NCBI GenBank assembly: GCA_032718475.1
Contig: JAUCBJ010001416.1
Location: 1 to 64,000, forward strand
Reading direction: 5' to 3'
Length of the DNA: 64,000 nt
From: Nemertoderma westbladi
Taxonomy: Eukaryota; Animalia; Xenacoelomorpha
Both the position numbers and the translations under genes were made by a program. The notes under the pieces were generated by a model. That model did not search any database, was not told where the DNA came from, and worked only from the letters and a program-made list of their open reading frames with translations. This document shows positions 1 through 11,547 of the stretch, piece by piece; positions within the stretch are counted from its first letter, which is position 1, and every line of letters starts with the position of its first letter.

Positions 1-290
1 TCACAGAATCGGTACCGGCATACCGGTACCAAACCACCAATATCGGCTAATACCAGAATACTGGTGATGGTTGGATAATCCTCATACCACTACTAAGAGT
101 ATATATACTGGGATGCTGATATATATAATATAATATGGTATATATAAAGCTGCAAAGATAAAATATATACTGGTATATACAGATATACTGATATCCCATA
201 TCTTAATTGGCTGCAGATAAAGTTTGTGATTGAAAAACTTTATAGTAGGGTACAGTTGTCCTGCAATAAATAACCGTTTCAAATGCTGAA

Positions 291-3200
291 ATGGATGAAC
301 AGCAGGTCGCCACTGCATCCAATTACCCAAAACGGGTTAAACCACCCACATATTATGTAGCGATTGAAGAATACGAAAAATCTAAGTCTCGTTTGGAGGA
401 TTTATTTGGTACTGAATTAAATAATATTGAGGAAGTAAATTCACACGTTGCTAAACTGAAAGCAGCAAAACATGAATTAGACAATACTTATTGCAAGCTT
501 ATAGCTCATCTTAACAAACATGCTGTAACTCAGGAAAAGCTGCAAACAACCACAAATTATCAAACCCAAATTAAAATTTATAGGGAGATAATTAAGGGTC
601 TTTCTGACCAAAGGAAAAGTTTTGGAGCAGAATCAAGCATAGACACCCAGTCAATTGCTCAAATTAGCATTGATAATCGATCCTCTGTGTGTGAATTTAA
701 TACACCTCCAGCAAACACCTTGTTAGATACAGTCCCCCATCCCTCAGATATAGAGATTGGGACAATGTTCGATACAGTACCCCATCCATCTAATGTTGAG
801 ATTGGGACAAACCCTATCACAGGAGTGGCTAACTTATTTGAATTTGATAGTTGCAGTGTCAATGAAGTAAATGCAAAGGGATCACACCCTAACCCTGAAG
901 TTAACCATAGGATAAATCTCTACCTTGAGCAACAGCGAGAATTAAATAAACCAATATATGGCGATTCAAATCAGCTTACAGGAATGCCTTTAAACCATCA
1001 CCATAATGATAACAATAGTGTCAGTTCATGTGCAAACTATATACCATCCTTTATAAATAATAGCTTTCCTACTTATGCAAATGTTAACTTTAACGCCATT
1101 TCTAGTACTTCCCTTACAGTGGGGAGACACTCCTCAGCACCTTTATCTAGCCCAAGGTGCACTTCAATGTACAAAACCCCAATATCGCCTTTTGGAACAA
1201 GTTATATAAATCCAACCGGAGTATCGGCAGATAATAAAACAGTGACTTGGGGGTTAAACACACAAGCAGATCAATTTATACCAGCAAAGGCACAAGTTCC
1301 ATTTTCAATAGCTGGTTGTAGTGCAGCGCCATATCCACCCCCTATTCCAAATTATACTAGTATGAGTTCTAATAGTCCAGTAACTCCCTTCAATTATATT
1401 GACCACTCTTCTCAATATCTAATTCGTAAGGAATTATTAGAAAAATCATCAGAGCCATTCAAGGGTGAACCATATAGATTCCGTACATGGGCAATGATCC
1501 TTGAAAATAGGCTAACTGGTATAGAATTATCTCCACTGGACAAAATATCATTCTTGAAGAGTAATACTATTGGAAAGCCATTAGAACTGATCAATAATTT
1601 AGTCGATGCCAGCAGTGCTGATCCTGCTACAACACTCCAAACAATTTGGAAAGAGCTGGCGCTAAGATTTGGTTCCGGTCCTGAAATTGCAGCTGGGCTA
1701 AGGGCCAAATTAACAAACTTTCATCCAATAAAACGTGGAGATCCAGCTAGCAGGGTCCGTGACCTCGCTGACCTCTGCAGAGTAATAGAACTCAATGTTC
1801 ATAGTATCCCAGAGTTGAGTGAATTCAATCTGGGTTCTGGACTTCGCGAAATAAGATCTAAGCTCCCAGACTGGATTGATAACAAATGGATAGACAAGGG
1901 AGGGTATTTTGAGGAAAATAAAGGTTACCACCCACCTTTTTCTTTCTTTTGCGATTTTTTATCAACAATTACGAGACATATTTGCAGTCCCCACTTTCAA
2001 AAGGTGAATTCTCCATTACCATATAAGAAGGATCATTTCTTAGGTCAAAAGGAACGCATAAATAAGCATGATATATACATACATGATAACAAACGTTCAC
2101 TGAAGTCTGAGAATAATAGATCACCAATTTCTTGTATACATTGTAACAAAACAGGTCATTCACTAATTGATTGCAAAGTGTTTGAGAGGCTATCGTATCC
2201 AGAAAGGAAACATTTAGCACAGCAAAGCAGGTTACGCTATCGTTGGCTCGGAGAACACCTTAGTATTAACTGTAAAGGGTCAATGACATGCAGCAAGTGC
2301 AAAAAGAAAAATCATACCACGGCAATGCACAGAAATCCACCAGCAGCAACTGAGAACCAACGTGAGGGATCTAATAGAGTGAAGACTGATGAAAATGTGG
2401 ACCAGACAGCATTATGCACTGCACTGTGTGGCTTGGGCGCCAGAAGCTGTGGTAAAACATTCCTCGTTGACATTAAAGCACCAAAGGTTTCAGAGAAAAC
2501 AATGCGGGTATATGCTATTGTTGATGAGCAGTCTGACTCTTCTTACGTCGATCCTAAGGTGCTTTCCTTCCTTCGGTTGCATTCCCCAATCTATGATTAT
2601 ACAGTATCTACCCTCAGTGGTCATCATTGCAAGGTTAGTGGTATGGTAGCAGAAGGGCTAACAATAAATGGAGTTGGAATGTCCTCAGACTATGATCTCC
2701 CATGCTTATTTAGTAATGATTGGATTCCAGATACGAAAGGTGAAGTAGCCTCTCCTTCTTTGGTGGAATCTCTTCCTCAGATTAAACATTTATCTTTCAA
2801 ATTTCAGCCATTGGATGAAGAAGCTGAAACTTTAATAATGTTATTAGGTAGAAACTGTGGACCTTTGATGCAAACAAAGACACATAACAGCACGGCTCCT
2901 ATAGTTCATGAGACGCCTCTTGGATGGGCTTTAGTTGGTGAAACCTGTCCTATTGGCAAGATCAGTAAAAATAAAATAGTAAACAAAACCTTGGCAAAGT
3001 TTTGTTGTTCTGACCAACATCAATCATCATCATTCACCTTTGGAATGTCGAATCCTATTTTACTACCAGAAGATAAGGAAACCAAAAGCATTCGTAATGA
3101 TGTGTTTGCTATGTTCAAAGATGATGATTGTGATGGTAAATCTATAGAAGACTATATATTTGATGACAGAATATTGTCCAATTTAGAAGTTACTGCTGAT

Positions 3201-6200
3201 GGCAGTATTCAGTTGCCACTACCATTTCGACAAGAAAATCCAAATCTCCCAAATAATCATGATCCCGTCTTTAAACGAACAAGTAATACGCTTAATAAAA
3301 TCAAGACTGATCCTAATAAGCTTAATCAATGTTTGAAATCGATGGGCAAATGCATTAACAGCGGAAAGTTTGAAAAGGTTCCTAATGAACAGTTATATGG
3401 TATACCAGGAAAGGTATGGTACATTCCTGTATTTGCTGTTACACAACCGAAAAAAGATAAAGTTCGGGTAGTATTTGATAGCTCGGCTTCATATTTTGGC
3501 ACAAGCCTGAATAAAGAATTACTAAAGGGGCCAGACCAAAATAATCAATTACGAGATGTGTTGATCCGGTTCAGGGAGGGTGAAATTGGTTTCACAGCTG
3601 ATGTGGAATCGATGTTCCATTGTTTCAAGGTCACTCCACATCATAGAGATTTTATGAGATTCTTCTGGTTTGACCACAATGACCCTTCACAACCTATTGT
3701 TGCTTATAGAAGCACTGTACATATATTCGGTAATAGTCCAAGTCCCCCTATTGCCACAATTGGTCTCAGAAAGACTGTTGACCTTATGCCGGAAGAGACT
3801 CCTCCACCAGTAAAGGACTATATCAATGATCATTTTTATGTGGATGATGGTCTTGGGTCTGAAGACTCAACAAAATCAGCAATTGATACATTACAAGGCA
3901 CCATAAATACACTTGGTAGGTTTAATATACATCTCCATAAATTGGCATGCAGTGATCCAAATGTTTTGAAAGCATTCCCTGTTTCTGAACATGTTGAGTT
4001 GAAATCATTTGAAAATGAGGCTAATCAGAAAACCCTTGGAGTTGCATGGAATGTGTTAAAAGATATGTTTGTCATTTTAGTAGATATACCAGATCGACCC
4101 TTCACGAAGAGAGGGATTCTGTCCACAGTCAACTCTATATTTGACCCAATAGGGATTGCAAGCCCAGTTGTATTGGCCGGAAGACTTATTCAGCGGAAGG
4201 TGATTCCAAAAAAAGCTGATACCTCCAATGAACTAGAAGCTTGTGGCTGGGATGGTGAGCTTCCAGCATTTTACAGACCTGAATGGGAGAGGTGGAAGAA
4301 AACACTTGAATCATTACCACTCCTATCCATTCCAAGGGGTTTTCGACCTATAGGTTTTGGACAAATAGTGAGACAAGAAATACATGCCTATTCCGATGCA
4401 TCTGAAGATGCTATTGGATATGTGATATACCTGAGATCATTCAACGAAGATGATCAAATCTCTATCTCTTTTGTTTCAGGAAATGCCAAGGTAGCTCCAC
4501 AGTCAGCCACTTCCATGCCTCGTTTAGAACTTTGTGCAGCTGTTGAACTGGTAATGGCTGTATGTTCAGTTATTTCTGCATTAAAGAAAAAACCATGCAA
4601 TAGTTGGTACTATACCGATAGCCGAGTCGTTTTAGGGTATATAAACAACAATAGCAAGAGGTTCTCCAAATATGTCGAGCGTCGATCACATATAATACGA
4701 AACTCTAGCTTGCCTACACAATGGGAATATGTCCCAACTGGCGATAACCCTGCCGATAGAGCTACACGACCCACTGATCCAAAGTCATTAACTGATCCGA
4801 AGAGTACATGGTTGACAGGCCCAAGAGTGTTGAAGTCTGCAAGGTATCCTACAAAAATTCCATATCCTTATACTGCTATAGACGTTGATGATTTACCAGA
4901 GTGCAAACCATTAATAGAGGTTGGTAAAGTATTGATTACACACAAACGCCAAGGAATTTTTGACAATGTCTATAAACATTTCAGCGAATGGAAGACTGTG
5001 ATCAATGTGGCCAAGTATGTACTAATGGCATGTAAACTAATGACTAAGAAAATAGCAGAAGGTAATAACAATTCTCAAACCATCAGCGATAGTGATGCTG
5101 TCAATGCTCTAGTGCATGATGCACAATATCAGAGTTACCCAGAACTGATAAAACATTTATCAACTGGATCAACTATAGCAGAATCCAGTAAAATTCTGGA
5201 GTTGTCCCCTTTTCTTAATGGATCTAAGACATTACTGGTTGGAGGTAGGTTAAAGAACTCTGATGTCCCATTCGACTCCAGACACCCTTACCTCATACCT
5301 AAAGATCATCCAATAGCTGGAGTAATCGTGACATACTACCATACCAGAGTCTTTCACCAGGGCCGACATATTACTCATGGGATGATTCGTCAAAACGGTT
5401 TTCATATTGAAGATGGTAATAAACTTATAAGAGAAATAATAAAGAGTTGTATCATTTGTAAGAAACTTAGAGGGTCCTTTTGTGTGCAGAAGATGGCCAA
5501 CCTCCCATTAGATCGAGTCTCTCGTGTTGCTCCCTTCACCAATACTGGCATCGATGTTTTTGGGCCATGGAAGGTTGCAAATGGGCGCACTACTCGAAGT
5601 AACACAGGTATCAGAAAGATATGGGCGCTTCTCTTAACTTGCCTAGTATCACGGGCAGTTCATGTTGAGCTCCTTCCAGCTTTAGACACAACAGCATTTA
5701 AGAATGCTTTTCATAGGTTCCTAGCCATCAGGGGAGCTTGTGTCCTCCTCCGTAGTGATCAAGGCTCCAATTTCATTGGTGCTCACAACCAAGATGACAA
5801 TGAAGTTGATATCGATGCAGTTATAAAAGATCTCAACTCAATTGGTATTGATTGGAATTTCAACCCTCCACACTCCAGCCATTTTGGTGGAGTTTGGGAG
5901 CGCAAGATTGGTTGCATAAGGCGTGTCCTTGACGCCACAATCTTACTCTCTGAACCACGATTATTGACATACGATGAGCTACATACTGTAATTGTTGAAA
6001 GCGCTGCAGTAGTAAACTCTACCCCATTATGGGAAGTTTCTTCCAGTCCAGATGACCCCCAACCATTGTCTCCCAATATGATATTGACTTTGAAGGATGA
6101 TTCCATCTCTACAACTTGTTTCTCCGATCAAGATCAGCTGGCCTATGGGAAATATCGTTGGAGACGAGTACAGTATCTGGTTGATCAATTCTGGATAAGG

Positions 6201-6539
6201 TGGCGCAATGACTACCTTCAACTGTTACAGAGACGGATGAAGTGGAAAAATCCAAAACGTTCAATTATGATTGGAGATATTGTTCTGATCCGAGACAAAA
6301 CGAAACATAGAAATAACTGGCCAACCGGGAGAGTGACTGCCGTGAAGAAAGGTGATGATAACCTGGTTCGCTCTGCAACTATTGCAGTACCCAAATCAAC
6401 TGCTAAGGGTGAAATAAAGAAACCATGCTATGATCGTCCTATACATGAGTTGGTTCTCCTCATCCCACATGATCCCGAGGTTTCCCCAGCGGCGGCATAT
6501 AATAATGGATCTAATGATTTCAACACTGGTTGCATATAG
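291..6539 (+). CDS. BEL/Pao Gag-Pol polyprotein (Gag DUF1759-like, Zn knuckles, protease, RT, RNase H, integrase)
   Basis: 2082 aa uninterrupted; CIHCNKTGHSLIDC knuckle, AIVDEQS protease, KVRVVFDSS and YVDD RT motifs, HAYSDAS and PRLELCAA RNase H, H..H..CIIC plus SDQGSNF and GGVWER integrase, C-terminal WPTGRV. Confidence 0.95.
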   Translation: MDEQQVATASNYPKRVKPPTYYVAIEEYEKSKSRLEDLFGTELNNIEEVNSHVAKLKAAKHELDNTYCKLIAHLNKHAVTQEKLQTTTNYQTQIKIYREIIKGLSDQRKSFGAESSIDTQSIAQISIDNRSSVCEFNTPPANTLLDTVPHPSDIEIGTMFDTVPHPSNVEIGTNPITGVANLFEFDSCSVNEVNAKGSHPNPEVNHRINLYLEQQRELNKPIYGDSNQLTGMPLNHHHNDNNSVSSCANYIPSFINNSFPTYANVNFNAISSTSLTVGRHSSAPLSSPRCTSMYKTPISPFGTSYINPTGVSADNKTVTWGLNTQADQFIPAKAQVPFSIAGCSAAPYPPPIPNYTSMSSNSPVTPFNYIDHSSQYLIRKELLEKSSEPFKGEPYRFRTWAMILENRLTGIELSPLDKISFLKSNTIGKPLELINNLVDASSADPATTLQTIWKELALRFGSGPEIAAGLRAKLTNFHPIKRGDPASRVRDLADLCRVIELNVHSIPELSEFNLGSGLREIRSKLPDWIDNKWIDKGGYFEENKGYHPPFSFFCDFLSTITRHICSPHFQKVNSPLPYKKDHFLGQKERINKHDIYIHDNKRSLKSENNRSPISCIHCNKTGHSLIDCKVFERLSYPERKHLAQQSRLRYRWLGEHLSINCKGSMTCSKCKKKNHTTAMHRNPPAATENQREGSNRVKTDENVDQTALCTALCGLGARSCGKTFLVDIKAPKVSEKTMRVYAIVDEQSDSSYVDPKVLSFLRLHSPIYDYTVSTLSGHHCKVSGMVAEGLTINGVGMSSDYDLPCLFSNDWIPDTKGEVASPSLVESLPQIKHLSFKFQPLDEEAETLIMLLGRNCGPLMQTKTHNSTAPIVHETPLGWALVGETCPIGKISKNKIVNKTLAKFCCSDQHQSSSFTFGMSNPILLPEDKETKSIRNDVFAMFKDDDCDGKSIEDYIFDDRILSNLEVTADGSIQLPLPFRQENPNLPNNHDPVFKRTSNTLNKIKTDPNKLNQCLKSMGKCINSGKFEKVPNEQLYGIPGKVWYIPVFAVTQPKKDKVRVVFDSSASYFGTSLNKELLKGPDQNNQLRDVLIRFREGEIGFTADVESMFHCFKVTPHHRDFMRFFWFDHNDPSQPIVAYRSTVHIFGNSPSPPIATIGLRKTVDLMPEETPPPVKDYINDHFYVDDGLGSEDSTKSAIDTLQGTINTLGRFNIHLHKLACSDPNVLKAFPVSEHVELKSFENEANQKTLGVAWNVLKDMFVILVDIPDRPFTKRGILSTVNSIFDPIGIASPVVLAGRLIQRKVIPKKADTSNELEACGWDGELPAFYRPEWERWKKTLESLPLLSIPRGFRPIGFGQIVRQEIHAYSDASEDAIGYVIYLRSFNEDDQISISFVSGNAKVAPQSATSMPRLELCAAVELVMAVCSVISALKKKPCNSWYYTDSRVVLGYINNNSKRFSKYVERRSHIIRNSSLPTQWEYVPTGDNPADRATRPTDPKSLTDPKSTWLTGPRVLKSARYPTKIPYPYTAIDVDDLPECKPLIEVGKVLITHKRQGIFDNVYKHFSEWKTVINVAKYVLMACKLMTKKIAEGNNNSQTISDSDAVNALVHDAQYQSYPELIKHLSTGSTIAESSKILELSPFLNGSKTLLVGGRLKNSDVPFDSRHPYLIPKDHPIAGVIVTYYHTRVFHQGRHITHGMIRQNGFHIEDGNKLIREIIKSCIICKKLRGSFCVQKMANLPLDRVSRVAPFTNTGIDVFGPWKVANGRTTRSNTGIRKIWALLLTCLVSRAVHVELLPALDTTAFKNAFHRFLAIRGACVLLRSDQGSNFIGAHNQDDNEVDIDAVIKDLNSIGIDWNFNPPHSSHFGGVWERKIGCIRRVLDATILLSEPRLLTYDELHTVIVESAAVVNSTPLWEVSSSPDDPQPLSPNMILTLKDDSISTTCFSDQDQLAYGKYRWRRVQYLVDQFWIRWRNDYLQLLQRRMKWKNPKRSIMIGDIVLIRDKTKHRNNWPTGRVTAVKKGDDNLVRSATIAVPKSTAKGEIKKPCYDRPIHELVLLIPHDPEVSPAAAYNNGSNDFNTGCI

Positions 6540-6577
6540 ACTTGAAATTATGGAAGCGGCAGATGCCGAGTGGGGAG

Positions 6578-7030
6578 TGTTATGGACATAAGTTATATAT
6601 ATTAATGGACATAAGCTATATTAACGGACATAAACGTTATACAGATAAATGCCATACTACAGTAACATAATGACTTCAGACTTGTCTTAATGTACCGGTA
6701 CAGTACTAACATCAATAGCATGTAGCTAGCTTACTGCTTATTAATGCAGCACTTAGGACTACAGGATTATTTGTCATAATGTACATACTGACTACTTAGG
6801 ATTGTCTGTCATAATGTACACAGGACGCTGTGAACCAGTGGCCTAACTTTACAAGTTTTTTACCAGCTTATTATACGATGTTAATGTAACGAAGGAATTA
6901 AATGTAAATGTTATCGGAAGTTAGCAAACTCGGTCATGTTTTTCCTACGGTGTATGTTATTGTGTAATGGCTGCGTTATACGCCTGAAATACCAGCTGAC
7001 TATAGTAATAGGGCTGCGTTGCTCAGGACA
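6578..7030 (+). repeat. 3' LTR of BEL element, preceded by polypurine tract (GTGGGGAG, 6570-6577)
   Basis: Starts TGTTATGG right after the purine tract; plausible end ...CAGGACA at 7030. The right boundary is inferred because the 5' LTR is not in the window. Confidence 0.65.
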
Positions 7031-7117
7031 ATTTATATAGCGCTTTTCTACGCTCAGCATACTCAAAGCGCTTTTATTATCATTACCCCAGATGATGTAA
7101 TTATTATTTATCGAGAC

Positions 7118-7373
7118 AGGGGGGGGGGGGGGGGGGGGGGGGAACTGGACGCAAAACTCGCCTTGGCGAATTAATATCCCGCCTCAATGTTAAATTCTCA
7201 ATTTAGGGAAAGGAGCAGGTTTTAGTGGCACGTTATTTTAACCAAAACAATAAATTAAACATAAATGAACATTACAGTTTTATTTTTGAGAGTAATCATC
7301 TGTTATTTGCGTCAAATTTCCCCTGGAGAGTGATGAATTTTTATTGCGTCCAGTCCCCCCCCCCCCCCCCCCC
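7118..7373. repeat. Short element with poly-G/poly-C inverted ends
   Basis: G(n)AACTGGACGCAAAA at left is inverted to TTATTGCGTCCAGTC(n) at right; the same end motif recurs at 8490-8525. Confidence 0.5.
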
Positions 7374-8763
7374 TAACTGTATTTATGAGAGCATTTATAT
7401 TATAGGTATTCGCTAAATAAAGAAAAATCTATGTAAAGTACTTTTCTCATATTTTAAAGAATTTTTACAAATTAAATATATGAACTTGTTATTTGTATTA
7501 CCAATCGAATAGAATTAAAGTAAATAATTAATTATTACGCTGCAAGTGCTAGCACACTGCTTATAACCTAAGTGACAGGAAAAGGTGTGTTAATTATTAG
7601 ATTAGTAAAAAATATGTAGAAAATAATAAGTTAGGGCGCCTCATACTGCACTCTTACAGGCATGTTTACTATAGTACAGTAGCATTTTTCTTTTTAAGAA
7701 ATTCAATATGCTGATCAAGATACTGTAATAATATCTCGTCATTTCTTGCGCGCCGCCTGGTGGGGGGGGGGGGGGGGGGGGGGGGGGGGGTGTATATTTT
7801 GTACTTAAGGTTGCCGTAGCAACTGGTATTCAAGTTTAAATAAGTATTTATTGGAATATTCTTATTGCTACTGACATACCTTCATGAAAAATTATTGGTT
7901 TGTATAATTGTAACAAATTTATAAAATTATTTTACTACCTGGTTACCATAGTAACCATCAAAACTATGCTTTATAATAATTTTCAACAATTTCTATACTT
8001 TATTATTCATCAACACTTTTAGTCACTACTGGTATCAACGAAATATTATTAATGAAACTTGACCTTTTAATTTTACTTCTAGAAGAACGATTGCTTGTCT
8101 GTCCGTACGTTGAGCTGACATTCACCAAGGATTTCATCGTCCTCTATATTGTTTCGTTGATAATCGTTCTTGCTTCATCGAAGTTTTCCTTGTTGTAATG
8201 GAACTTAGTCAATCCTATGTCGGAACATCTATTACAAAATCAATTCATAGATAAAATTTGTTAAGTCTAGCCTGAAATGTATACAATCTTCTGAGGTGAA
8301 AAGTGCTTTATCGGCATAGTTGTCCATTGTTAGAGGTTCCAAAATAATATTTTTCTCATCTGCAAATTTATAAACTATAATTTTTTGAAATGACTTGACA
8401 AGGCCATGCTTAGATCGAATGGGAATTCTTGTTCCGGTTGCTTGCGCAAGGTATACTCATACATAACATACAGTTCATGGATCTGAATTTTTATTGCGTC
8501 CAGTCCCCCCCCCCCCCCCCCCCCCAGTAGTATATGTTTGTAGTCCCTCGCACCAAGGACACCCATAGCCCATCATTACCATCCATTTCTACTCCTTCCT
8601 CCAATCAGAAGCCACCATTTCAACCATTAGCAGTGGTCGTTATTATTTCAACCAATCAGATGTCAGCATTTCAACCGTAACCATGGTAACTTCTCAAGTT
8701 CCAGCATCTTCTGCTAGAGGCGTTCTTAGTCACCCAACGCTACTCCTTCCTCCAATCGTAAGC

Positions 8764-9097
8764 CTTTATTTTACAGGTGTTCGAGTGTCTACAGGTAACG
8801 TCTACTATTTTTCAAATCGCTATTTTTCAGCAACCAGTATTTTCATATTCACCAACCTTTATTTTACAGACGCTAGAGGTGTCTACAGGTAACTTCTACA
8901 ATTTTTCAAATCGCTATTTTTCAGCAACCAGTATTTCCATATTTACCAACCTTTATTTTACAGACGCTAGGGTTGTCTACAGGTAACTTCTACTATTTTT
9001 CAAATCGCTATTTTTCAGCAACCAGTATTTTCATATTTACCAACCATTATTTTTCAAACGCTAGGGGTGTCTACAGGTAACTTCTACTATTTTTCAC
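8764..9097 (+). repeat. Subterminal tandem repeat, 94-bp unit, ~3.5 copies
   Basis: (G/T)TGTCTACAGGTAAC recurs at 8785, 8879, 8973, 9067; mirrored at ~21817-22150. Confidence 0.9.
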
Positions 9098-9451
9098 CAG
9101 TAACTAAATTTAATTTTGCAATTTTTCAGATAACAAAATATTCAACCGGGTTCGAACTCGGGACCGTTATAACTCCCCACAATTTACCACTCACTCCCCC
9201 ATCCAACCTCGAGAGAAAAAGGCGATAAATATCCGAGTTATACTGTAGCCTGACCTATTTTGCTTCATTTACTGTTATTATTTACTTTCTATTGGTTACA
9301 TGTGACACGTGTTCTTAGTTGATTGGTTGTATATATATAAAATGATCTATATAAATATATGAATAGAATAGAAAAATATCATTAATATTTATTTATCTAC
9401 CTTGTCGCTGTTATTTAATTGTTATTACATAAAATAATAATAATAATAATA

Positions 9452-9877
9452 ATGTCTTCTGATACACCTGCGTCTGTAATAAGACATACATTTAATACTG
9501 TAGATAATCTTACTTGTATTGTTATTGGTAACACTATTTATTGTCCTTCACAACCTAATTTTAAAATAGATATTTCTGAACAAGCAAGAAAAGAACTACG
9601 ATCTATTGATATTTTCGGTGAGGTAGATTCTACTAATTACCTTTTAGATTACAAAGAAGAAGATGATTTAGATAAATTCACAATTTTATCAATGTCAGAT
9701 AACTTTATTGTTATTACTCAATATAGTGGTAATATAGCGAGCAATAAATGTGAAAAGTTTGAGATCAAATTAGATCGTAAAAATGCTTATGAAATTATGG
9801 CTTTGTTTATTGTTATTATTTCGAAAGAAACCCTTGTAACCACTGATGAAACCGATGACAATGAAGATGATTCTTGA
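9452..9877 (+). CDS. Maverick accessory orphan protein with acidic C-terminus
   Basis: ORF conserved in both arms; ATG at 9452 follows a (TAA)n run (track start 9419 is TTG); no recognisable domain. Confidence 0.7.
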   Translation: MSSDTPASVIRHTFNTVDNLTCIVIGNTIYCPSQPNFKIDISEQARKELRSIDIFGEVDSTNYLLDYKEEDDLDKFTILSMSDNFIVITQYSGNIASNKCEKFEIKLDRKNAYEIMALFIVIISKETLVTTDETDDNEDDS

Positions 9878-9944
9878 CTCTTTCAGCTATATTATAAATA
9901 TTTTATCAACATTTTAACGATTTTGGTTTGGTTATTTAAGAAAA

Positions 9945-10646
9945 ATGGATATATTAATAAACACAAATTGTAGTATTTGTTATTCTAATTTAAAACATCT
10001 TGATTGTTACATATGTGTTAATAAACATGGAACTTGCGTGACATGTATTGATCAACATGTTGAAATTAATGATTGTACTAAAATTTGTCCAATTTGTAGA
10101 GTACAGACACTTTGCAGAGTAAACAAGTTATATAATCCATATTATTGGAAAGAGCTGCGGAATTCTATTTACATTTCAGGAAAAAGTAACGAACCTAACG
10201 AGTTATTTACAATATCACAGAATATTTTTTATCGATATATAGTGAAAAAAGGCGGCTTTATGGTACCTTGGTTGTTTGATGAAGAACATAAAAATATCAC
10301 AGTAAAATTAAATAAGAATTTACGTAGTTTTGATATTTACTTTAAGACATATAAAGATGAATCATCTTCAAGAGGTATAAAACCAAAAAAGTATTATTTG
10401 AAACTTGATGAAGGTATTCTTTGCAATGATTTGTGTATGAGAGTAATTCGCACTTTGACGGAGCATACTCTAAGTCATATTTCCAGTACTAAATGCTACG
10501 GACGTGGTATAGAACGTAAATGTCAAACTAAGAAGTATAACGAATTTATACGATGTCACCGCTATCTCACTTGGTGTGGACATTATTTAAATCGAAAACA
10601 ATGTCTGTTGATTGCAGGTATACGATTACACAATCTTTTCAAATAA
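9945..10646 (+). CDS. RING-finger (C3HC4-type) protein, putative E3 ligase
   Basis: CSIC-x11-C-x3-H-x2-C-x2-C-...-CPICR at N-terminus. Confidence 0.8.
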   Translation: MDILINTNCSICYSNLKHLDCYICVNKHGTCVTCIDQHVEINDCTKICPICRVQTLCRVNKLYNPYYWKELRNSIYISGKSNEPNELFTISQNIFYRYIVKKGGFMVPWLFDEEHKNITVKLNKNLRSFDIYFKTYKDESSSRGIKPKKYYLKLDEGILCNDLCMRVIRTLTEHTLSHISSTKCYGRGIERKCQTKKYNEFIRCHRYLTWCGHYLNRKQCLLIAGIRLHNLFK

Positions 10647-10831
10647 GGTAATAAATAGAACGAAAGATTGCCATGATAAATATACTAATACTACAGTTGT
10701 ACATACTTTTTGTTGTAAAATGCTGTTTTTTGTGAATTGTTACATATATACATAGTAATGGTGATGGTTTATTGATATTTATATTAATTATATTATATTG
10801 TATTGTTGATATATCTTAATAATAATAATAA

Positions 10832-11524
10832 ATGGCTGACTTTAATTCAGGTCCATATAATTTAAACTTTCAAATGGGAACGAGTATGATAATTTCTGGC
10901 CCGTCTGGTTCCGGAAAGTCTACATTTGTTAGCAATTTAATTAAACACAAGAATGGTTGTTTCAACGAACCCCCCTTGCGAGTATTGTATTGTTACGGGA
11001 GCAATCCCCCGACTATTCCTGGTATTACTCACCTTTACAAAGGTTTGCCTGAAAATATAGATAGTTTAGTGAATAGTCGAGATTTATTAATTATAGATGA
11101 TTTATTAACAGAAACTGAGTCCAGTACAGCTTTAACTGTATTGTTTACTAAGGTTGCTCATCATTCCAATATATTTATTTGTTTTATAACGCAAAACATG
11201 TTTTACGGTGGGAAGCATAACCGCACAAGATCAATTAATAGCCATACCTTAGTATTAATGAAAAATCCGCGAGACAGTTTATCGGTTTTAAATTTCGCGA
11301 AGCAGATGTTACCAGGGCAGACCAAATTTTTAGTAGATTCCTATCAAGATGCGACTATTGAACCATTTTCACATTTCTTAATTGATTTACGACAGGAAAC
11401 ACCCGAACATTTAAGATTTAGATCGGATATATTTCGTAATCATAATTGTTACATTAAAAATTACATTGACTATAAACGTAGCGAAAATAATAATAATAAT
11501 AATATAATAATTAATATTTTGTAA
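10832..11524 (+). CDS. A32/FtsK-like DNA packaging ATPase of Maverick
   Basis: Walker A GPSGSGKS, Walker B LLIIDD, ITQN motif, KNPRD typical of Polinton ATPases. Confidence 0.93.
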   Translation: MADFNSGPYNLNFQMGTSMIISGPSGSGKSTFVSNLIKHKNGCFNEPPLRVLYCYGSNPPTIPGITHLYKGLPENIDSLVNSRDLLIIDDLLTETESSTALTVLFTKVAHHSNIFICFITQNMFYGGKHNRTRSINSHTLVLMKNPRDSLSVLNFAKQMLPGQTKFLVDSYQDATIEPFSHFLIDLRQETPEHLRFRSDIFRNHNCYIKNYIDYKRSENNNNNNIIINIL

Positions 11525-11547
11525 CAATTTTCAATAATGTTGCAACA

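Larger units (their letters stand above)
1..7030 (+). mobile_element. BEL/Pao LTR retrotransposon (5' LTR outside window)
   Basis: Single long gag-pol ORF in BEL domain order, followed by a purine tract and a TG...CA bounded segment. Confidence 0.9.

Noticed and set aside
659-6221. Small ORFs overlapping BEL gag-pol
   Set aside because: Antisense or alternate-frame shadows without motifs
8683-8986. Short ORFs in the Maverick subterminal region (also 21834-22230)
   Set aside because: Products of the 94-bp tandem repeat; frames differ between arms
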